NCBI RefSeq assembly: GCF_000195955.2 | Contig: NC_000962.3 | Span: 930,001 to 962,000 of the forward strand | DNA length: 32,000 bases | Direction of reading: 5' to 3' | Origin: Mycobacterium tuberculosis H37Rv | GTDB taxonomy: Bacteria; Actinomycetota; Actinomycetes; Mycobacteriales; Mycobacteriaceae | Shown here: piece by piece, positions 26,293 to 32,000 of the stretch | Layout of the letters: each line of letters begins with the position of its first letter | How positions within the stretch are numbered: the stretch's first letter is position 1 | Made by a program: the position numbers and the translations under genes | The notes under the pieces: generated by a model | What the model was told of the DNA's origin: nothing | The model's input: only the letters and a program-made list of their open reading frames with translations | Databases searched by the model: none

Positions 26293-28455
26293 ATGCCAGA
26301 CAACACAATCCAGTGGGACAAGGATGCCGACGGCATCGTCACGCTGACCATGGACGATCCCTCCGGGTCAACCAACGTGATGAACGAGGCCTACATCGAG
26401 TCGATGGGCAAGGCCGTCGATCGCCTTGTCGCCGAAAAGGATTCGATCACCGGAGTGGTAGTCGCCAGCGCGAAGAAAACCTTCTTCGCCGGCGGCGACG
26501 TCAAGACGATGATCCAGGCCAGGCCCGAGGACGCCGGCGATGTATTCAACACCGTCGAGACCATCAAGCGGCAGCTGCGCACCTTGGAGACATTGGGTAA
26601 GCCGGTCGTCGCGGCCATCAACGGGGCGGCGTTGGGCGGCGGCCTGGAGATCGCGCTGGCGTGTCATCACCGGATCGCCGCCGACGTCAAGGGCAGCCAG
26701 CTCGGTCTGCCGGAGGTGACGCTGGGTCTGCTGCCGGGTGGCGGTGGGGTGACCCGCACGGTACGGATGTTCGGCATCCAGAACGCGTTCGTGAGCGTGC
26801 TGGCGCAAGGTACCCGGTTCAAGCCGGCCAAGGCCAAGGAGATCGGTCTGGTCGACGAGCTGGTGGCAACGGTCGAGGAGCTGGTGCCCGCCGCCAAGGC
26901 TTGGATAAAGGAGGAGCTCAAGGCCAACCCCGACGGTGCCGGGGTGCAGCCGTGGGACAAGAAGGGCTACAAGATGCCCGGCGGCACCCCGTCGTCGCCG
27001 GGTCTGGCGGCGATTTTGCCGTCGTTCCCGTCGAACCTGCGCAAGCAGCTCAAGGGTGCCCCGATGCCGGCGCCGCGGGCCATCCTGGCCGCCGCGGTCG
27101 AGGGGGCACAGGTCGATTTCGACACCGCCAGCCGCATCGAGAGCCGCTACTTCGCGTCGTTGGTCACCGGCCAGGTCGCCAAGAACATGATGCAGGCGTT
27201 CTTCTTCGACCTGCAGGCCATCAATGCCGGCGGGTCTCGGCCCGAAGGCATCGGCAAGACCCCGATCAAGAGGATCGGTGTGCTGGGTGCGGGCATGATG
27301 GGCGCCGGCATCGCCTACGTCTCTGCCAAGGCCGGCTATGAGGTGGTACTCAAAGATGTCAGCCTTGAGGCCGCCGCTAAAGGCAAGGGCTACTCCGAAA
27401 AGCTGGAGGCCAAGGCGCTGGAGCGGGGCCGCACCACACAGGAGCGCAGCGACGCCCTGCTGGCGCGCATCACCCCGACCGCCGACGCCGCCGATTTCAA
27501 GGGCGTTGATTTCGTGATCGAGGCGGTTTTTGAAAACCAGGAGCTCAAGCACAAGGTGTTCGGCGAGATCGAAGACATCGTCGAGCCCAACGCGATCCTG
27601 GGATCCAACACCTCGACGCTGCCGATCACCGGTCTGGCGACCGGCGTCAAGCGGCAGGAAGACTTTATCGGGATCCACTTCTTCTCGCCGGTCGACAAGA
27701 TGCCGCTGGTGGAGATCATCAAGGGCGAGAAGACTTCTGACGAGGCCCTGGCCCGGGTGTTCGACTACACCTTGGCCATCGGCAAGACCCCGATCGTGGT
27801 CAACGACAGCCGCGGCTTTTTCACCTCGCGGGTCATCGGCACGTTCGTCAACGAGGCGCTGGCGATGCTCGGTGAGGGTGTCGAGCCGGCTTCTATCGAG
27901 CAGGCGGGGTCGCAGGCCGGGTATCCGGCGCCGCCGCTGCAGCTGTCCGACGAGCTCAACTTGGAGCTGATGCACAAGATCGCCGTCGCCACCCGTAAGG
28001 GTGTTGAGGACGCCGGCGGCACGTACCAGCCGCATCCGGCGGAGGCCGTGGTGGAGAAGATGATCGAGCTCGGCCGGTCCGGCCGGCTGAAGGGCGCGGG
28101 CTTCTACGAGTACGCCGACGGCAAGCGATCCGGGTTGTGGCCCGGCTTGCGCGAGACGTTCAAGTCGGGCTCGTCGCAGCCGCCGCTGCAGGACATGATC
28201 GACCGCATGCTGTTCGCCGAGGCGCTGGAAACCCAGAAGTGCCTCGACGAGGGGGTGCTGACGTCGACGGCCGACGCCAACATCGGCTCGATCATGGGCA
28301 TCGGCTTCCCGCCGTGGACAGGTGGCAGTGCCCAGTTCATCGTCGGCTACTCCGGCCCGGCCGGTACCGGTAAGGCGGCTTTCGTGGCCCGGGCCCGCGA
28401 GCTGGCGGCCGCCTACGGCGACCGCTTCCTGCCGCCGGAGTCGCTGCTAAGCTGA
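26293..28455 (+). CDS. fadB: Multifunctional fatty-acid oxidation protein (enoyl-CoA hydratase / 3-hydroxyacyl-CoA dehydrogenase)
   Basis: 720 aa. GGGLEIALACHHRIA...LGLPEVTLGLLPGGGG, then IGVLGAGMMGAGIAYVSAKAG, FIGIHFFSPVDKMPLVEII. Confidence 0.94.
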   Translation: MPDNTIQWDKDADGIVTLTMDDPSGSTNVMNEAYIESMGKAVDRLVAEKDSITGVVVASAKKTFFAGGDVKTMIQARPEDAGDVFNTVETIKRQLRTLETLGKPVVAAINGAALGGGLEIALACHHRIAADVKGSQLGLPEVTLGLLPGGGGVTRTVRMFGIQNAFVSVLAQGTRFKPAKAKEIGLVDELVATVEELVPAAKAWIKEELKANPDGAGVQPWDKKGYKMPGGTPSSPGLAAILPSFPSNLRKQLKGAPMPAPRAILAAAVEGAQVDFDTASRIESRYFASLVTGQVAKNMMQAFFFDLQAINAGGSRPEGIGKTPIKRIGVLGAGMMGAGIAYVSAKAGYEVVLKDVSLEAAAKGKGYSEKLEAKALERGRTTQERSDALLARITPTADAADFKGVDFVIEAVFENQELKHKVFGEIEDIVEPNAILGSNTSTLPITGLATGVKRQEDFIGIHFFSPVDKMPLVEIIKGEKTSDEALARVFDYTLAIGKTPIVVNDSRGFFTSRVIGTFVNEALAMLGEGVEPASIEQAGSQAGYPAPPLQLSDELNLELMHKIAVATRKGVEDAGGTYQPHPAEAVVEKMIELGRSGRLKGAGFYEYADGKRSGLWPGLRETFKSGSSQPPLQDMIDRMLFAEALETQKCLDEGVLTSTADANIGSIMGIGFPPWTGGSAQFIVGYSGPAGTGKAAFVARARELAAAYGDRFLPPESLLS

Positions 28456-28519
28456 GCGCGAGCAGACGTAAAAGCCCCCGCACGCTCGGCGTGTCGGGGG
28501 CTTTTACGTCTGCTCGCGC
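28456..28519. terminator. Bidirectional intrinsic terminator (long near-perfect inverted repeat)
   Basis: GCGCGAGCAGACGTAAAAGCCCCCGCACGC-TCG-GCGTGTCGGGGGCTTTTACGTCTGCTCGCGC between convergent fadB and xpb; one bulged T. Confidence 0.9.
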
Positions 28520-28522
28520 AAC

Positions 28523-30151
28523 CTAAATTGCCGGGCCCAGCAGGTCGTCGGCGTCGCGGATGATGTAACCGTAGCCCTGCTCAGCTAAAAACCGCTGCCG
28601 GTGTGCGGCGTACTCGGCATCCAGGCTGTCGCGGGCCACCACCGAGTAGAAGATGGCACCGCCCCCGTCGGCCTTGGGTCGCAATATCCGGCCGAGCCGT
28701 TGCGCCTCTTCCTGGCGTGAGCCGAATGTTCCCGAAACCTGTACCGCCACGGCGGCTTCCGGCAAGTCGATGGAGAAGTTAGCCACCTTGGACACCACGA
28801 GCGTAGCGACCTCGCCGCGGCGGAAGGCGTCGAACAGTGCCTCGCGTTCGCTGGTCCTTGTCGACCCCTGAATCACCGGAGCGCCGAGCTCGGCGCCCAG
28901 CTCGTCGAGCTGATCCAAGTACGCTCCGATGACCAGGGTCTGCTCATCCGGGTGCTTCGCCAGAATCGACTTGACCACAGCAATTTTGGTGTGCACCGTC
29001 GAGCAGATCCGGTAGCGTTCTTCGGGTTCGGCGGTGGCGTACATCATCCGCTCGCTGTCGGTCATCGTGACCCGGACTTCCACGCACTCAGCTGGCGCGA
29101 TCCAGCCCTGCGCCTCAATGTCCTTCCACGGCGCGTCATAGCGCTTTGGTCCGATAAGGGAAAACACGTCGCCCTCGCGTCCGTCTTCACGGATCAACGT
29201 GGCGGTCAGCCCCAGCCGCCGTTTGGACTGCAGGTCAGCGGTCATCCGGAAGACCGGTGCCGGCAACAGGTGCACCTCGTCATAGATGATGAGCCCCCAG
29301 TCGCGGCTGTCGAACAGTTCCAGATGGCGGTACTCGCCCTTAGTGCGGCGGGTGATCATCTGGTATGTCGAGATGGTGACAGGTCGGATTTCCTTGCGTT
29401 CTCCCGAGAATTCGCCGATCTCATTCTCGGTGAGCGAGGTGCGCGCGACCAGCTCTCGTTTCCATTGCCGGGCCGCGACGATATTGGTGACCAGGATCAA
29501 CGTCGTCGCGCCGGCTTTGGCCATTGCGGCCGCACCGACCAGCGTCTTGCCGGCCCCACATGGCAGCACCACCACCCCGGAGCCGCCCGCCCAGAACGAG
29601 TCCGCGGCCAGCCGCTGGTAATCGCGCAGCTGCCAGCCCTCCTGGTGCAGGCTGATCGGGTGCGCTTCACCATCGACGTAGCCGGCGAGATCCTCTGCGG
29701 GCCAACCGATCTTGAGCAGCAGCTGCTTGACCCGGCCGCGTTCGCTGGGGTGGACGACGACGGTGTCGTCATCGATGCGGGCGCCAAGCATCGGCGCGAT
29801 CTTCTTGTTGCGCAGCACTTCCTCAAGCACCGCGCGGTCCAGGCTCACCAGCGTCAGGCCATGGGCCGGGTTCTTGACCAACTGCAGTCGTCCGTAGCGG
29901 GCCATGGTGTCGACGATGTCGACGAGCAAGGGTTGCGGCACCGCGTAGCGGGAGTAACTGACCAGCGCGTCGACGACTTGCTCGGCATCATGGCCGGCGG
30001 CGCGAGCATTCCACAGTGCCAGCGGTGTGATGCGGTAGGTGTGGACATGTTCGGGTGCACGTTCCAGCTCGGCGAACGGCGCGATGGCGGCGCGTGCAGC
30101 GCCGGCCAGTTCATGGTCGACTTCCAACAGCACCGTCTTATCGGACTGCAC
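28523..30151 (-). CDS. xpb: XPB/Rad25-type superfamily II DNA helicase
   Basis: LPCGAGKTLVGAAAMAKAGATTLILVTN (Walker A), IIYDEVHLLPA (DEVH box), KRRLGLTATLIREDGRE, RLGRILRPK. 542 aa from GTG 30151; TTG 30172 is an alternative. Confidence 0.93.
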   Translation of the reverse strand: MQSDKTVLLEVDHELAGAARAAIAPFAELERAPEHVHTYRITPLALWNARAAGHDAEQVVDALVSYSRYAVPQPLLVDIVDTMARYGRLQLVKNPAHGLTLVSLDRAVLEEVLRNKKIAPMLGARIDDDTVVVHPSERGRVKQLLLKIGWPAEDLAGYVDGEAHPISLHQEGWQLRDYQRLAADSFWAGGSGVVVLPCGAGKTLVGAAAMAKAGATTLILVTNIVAARQWKRELVARTSLTENEIGEFSGERKEIRPVTISTYQMITRRTKGEYRHLELFDSRDWGLIIYDEVHLLPAPVFRMTADLQSKRRLGLTATLIREDGREGDVFSLIGPKRYDAPWKDIEAQGWIAPAECVEVRVTMTDSERMMYATAEPEERYRICSTVHTKIAVVKSILAKHPDEQTLVIGAYLDQLDELGAELGAPVIQGSTRTSEREALFDAFRRGEVATLVVSKVANFSIDLPEAAVAVQVSGTFGSRQEEAQRLGRILRPKADGGGAIFYSVVARDSLDAEYAAHRQRFLAEQGYGYIIRDADDLLGPAI

Positions 30152-30167
30152 TATCAATGGTCCGTCA

Positions 30168-30326
30168 GTCAATGGCGCCGCTCCTCCTCATCGCTGCGCT
30201 CTGCATCGTCGCCGGCGGTAGTCAATGGCGCCGCTCCTCCTCATCGCTGCGCTCTGCATCGTCGCCGGCGGTAGTCAATGGCGCCGCTCCTCCTCATCGC
30301 TGCGCTCTGCATCGTCGCCGGCGCGG
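30168..30326. repeat. MIRU-type tandem repeat, 3 x 53 bp (probable MIRU10 / VNTR 0960)
   Basis: Units GTCAATGGCGCCGCTCCTCCTCATCGCTGCGCTCTGCATCGTCGCCGGCGGTA start at 30168, 30221 and 30274; the third diverges in its last 3 bases. Locus name is from synteny. Confidence 0.93.
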
Positions 30327-30341
30327 GGGTCATGGGCTCCA

Positions 30342-32000
30342 TTATCGGTCGTGGGCCGACACCACCAACGTGATGCGGTGGATGGCGAAGTCACGCAGTC
30401 GCCCGGATGACGAGTCGAACGCCACCAGCTGGCCGCCCCGTAGCGTGATCGGTGCGACCACCCGCTGAGTGGCAACGCCGGCGGCATCGAGGTAGCTGAT
30501 CACCAAGGTGGCCTGGTCCTTGGCCGCGCGCTGCAACAGCGACATGGTGACCGCCGGGTCGACGCGGACATTAGCGAACGGCGCTGCGGTCACCTCACGC
30601 AGCACGGCAACCACGGCTTTCAACGCCTCGCTATTGGGTCTCGGCGGCGGTCGGTATGGCCGGCGCCGTTGCGGTGTGGGCACCCGGGCGCCGCGGGTTC
30701 GCACGTCGACAACGGCTCCGGTGGAATCTTCGGCGGCCGGGGCAAAGCCCGCGCCGCGCAACGTGACGAGGACTTCGGATATCGGAGCGGGGGACACCGC
30801 CACCGTTGGGGCCAGGGCCCGCAGTGCCAGCCCGTCGGCTTCGGGCGCCGCCACGACCTGGGCCAGTAGCGTTGGGTCCTCGCACCGCACGAACGATGCG
30901 GCCATGCCGATCCGAAGCTGGCCGTGCCGGCGCGCGACATCGTCGATGAGATATGTAAGCCCTTGTGGTACAGGAGTTTTAGAACGATTTGCGAAGAATT
31001 CCTGCAACCAGTCGCGGGACTTGCCGACATCGAGGGCATGCCGGATCGACTGCTCGCTGACGCGGTACACCATCGCCGTGCCGGCCGATTCCACGGTGGC
31101 GACGGTGGTCAGGTCGTCGGCCAGTTCGCGCTGCAGCGGCCCTGGCACCACGACGGTCAGGTCGGCCTGCACCAGGAAGTGATCGATGGGCTTGGGCAGC
31201 GCCCGAGCCATCACGCCGACCGCGGCGGCAGGGGCAGTAGCTGGCTCTAAGGCCTCGTCCAACAGTGCGCGAGCAGGCGTGCTGATCGCCCCGCGCCCCA
31301 CCAGACCCAGCGCATGGCCCTCTGTCAGCAGATCCGCGATAGGCGCAGGTTGCAATCGCCTGGCCCAACGTGGGCGGCGCCAGATCAGTGTCGCCGACGC
31401 CCGGGACGCATCGACGCCGGCGCCGGCGGGCAGCTCGGCGAGCATGCCTAGCAATAGCCGGCGATCCAGTGGGGCCGCCGTGGAGAACAGCGAATCCGAC
31501 AGGGCGCCATAGGGTTTGGCGTCGGGTCCGCGGGTACCGATTAACGCCGGCCGGCCCGGAAGGTCAAGCCAGGCGCTGGCCAGCAAGTGCCAACGCTCGG
31601 CGGGTGACATCGTGGCGAATCGATCGGCGGCCACCGTTGGCGCCCAAAAAGGTCCGTCACTGTGGGGCGGTTCGGGATCGGGCATGCCGCTGGCGATCAG
31701 TCCAGCCGCGGCCGCAATCTCGAGGATTAGGCCCAGCCGCGGCTCGTCGATTCCCGTTGCCTTGGCCAGCCGCTTGAATTCACGAACCCCCAGTCCGCCG
31801 CTGCGTAGTTCGGCAACCGGTGTGGCGCCGAGGTTTTCGAGCAGTACGTCGACTTCACGCAGTAGGTCGATGACGGCTCCGGCCGCCGCAGCGTCGGCGT
31901 CGTCGGGTGTGGTGGTGGAAACTACCGGGTCCGGCGCGGTCAACTCCATCGGACCGGGTTGTTCGCCGCGCAGCACCTGCCCGACGTGGCGGGGCAAGAT
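30342..32000 (-). CDS. Helicase-associated protein with XPB/Ssl2-like domain (5' end beyond the window)
   Basis: Long ORF running off the right edge. GVAAFDPLGLILEIAAAAGLI-like N-part and C-terminal VISYLDAAGVATQRVVAPITLRGGQLVAFDSSSGRLRDFAIHRI (WYL-like) region; just upstream of xpb on the same strand. Confidence 0.75.
   Translation of the reverse strand: MLPRHVGQVLRGEQPGPMELTAPDPVVSTTTPDDADAAAAGAVIDLLREVDVLLENLGATPVAELRSGGLGVREFKRLAKATGIDEPRLGLILEIAAAAGLIASGMPDPEPPHSDGPFWAPTVAADRFATMSPAERWHLLASAWLDLPGRPALIGTRGPDAKPYGALSDSLFSTAAPLDRRLLLGMLAELPAGAGVDASRASATLIWRRPRWARRLQPAPIADLLTEGHALGLVGRGAISTPARALLDEALEPATAPAAAVGVMARALPKPIDHFLVQADLTVVVPGPLQRELADDLTTVATVESAGTAMVYRVSEQSIRHALDVGKSRDWLQEFFANRSKTPVPQGLTYLIDDVARRHGQLRIGMAASFVRCEDPTLLAQVVAAPEADGLALRALAPTVAVSPAPISEVLVTLRGAGFAPAAEDSTGAVVDVRTRGARVPTPQRRRPYRPPPRPNSEALKAVVAVLREVTAAPFANVRVDPAVTMSLLQRAAKDQATLVISYLDAAGVATQRVVAPITLRGGQLVAFDSSSGRLRDFAIHRITLVVSAHDR

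Noticed and set aside
26368-28035. 555-aa minus-strand ORF antisense to fadB (also 25590..26375 antisense across the fadA 3' end and fadB 5' end)
   Set aside because: Shadow ORF typical of GC-rich genomes. Composition is Arg/Gly/His/Asp-rich with no motifs, and fadB is unambiguous on the other strand.
30168-30326. Tandem repeat as a CRISPR array
   Set aside because: Units are contiguous 53-mers with no unique spacers; the pattern is a MIRU/VNTR.
1-32000. tRNA, rRNA or complete IS elements/prophage
   Set aside because: I saw no tRNA- or rRNA-like sequence and no complete transposase with flanking inverted repeats. Only a transposase fragment is present.

Overview
GC-rich actinobacterial chromosome. 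Gene order and protein sequences match the Mycobacterium tuberculosis complex (H37Rv-like) segment Rv0834c to Rv0862c. That assignment comes from recognition and no database search was run. Main contents in order: PE_PGRS14 5' end; lpqQ; an unassigned membrane-protein-like ORF; the MenT2/MenA2 (AbiEii/AbiEi-like) toxin-antitoxin pair; lpqR; a SAM methyltransferase; pip; an MFS pseudogene fragment next to its intact paralogue; an E1-alpha-like protein with altered ThDP motifs; narL and a divergent sensor kinase; mmcO/lpqS with a shared RicR-type box; cysK2 plus an MFS gene; an ISL3-like transposase fragment; an SDR gene; a fadD16 chimera; pdc; three SRPBCC paralogues flanking far; dapC; fadA/fadB; a 64-bp hairpin terminator; xpb; a 3 x 53-bp MIRU; and an XPB/Ssl2-like helicase-associated gene. 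I did not find a convincing wholly undescribed system. The best leads are: (1) a symmetric four-half-site operator over the promoter and start of menA2-menT2; (2) a frameshifted MFS paralogue remnant annotated only as a small ORF; (3) a 1-nt frameshift near the 5' end of the middle SRPBCC paralogue; (4) an orphan E1-alpha-like protein whose ThDP signature is altered at both ends; (5) an unassigned membrane-protein-like ORF downstream of menT2; and (6) a near-perfect bidirectional terminator filling a 67-bp convergent gap.
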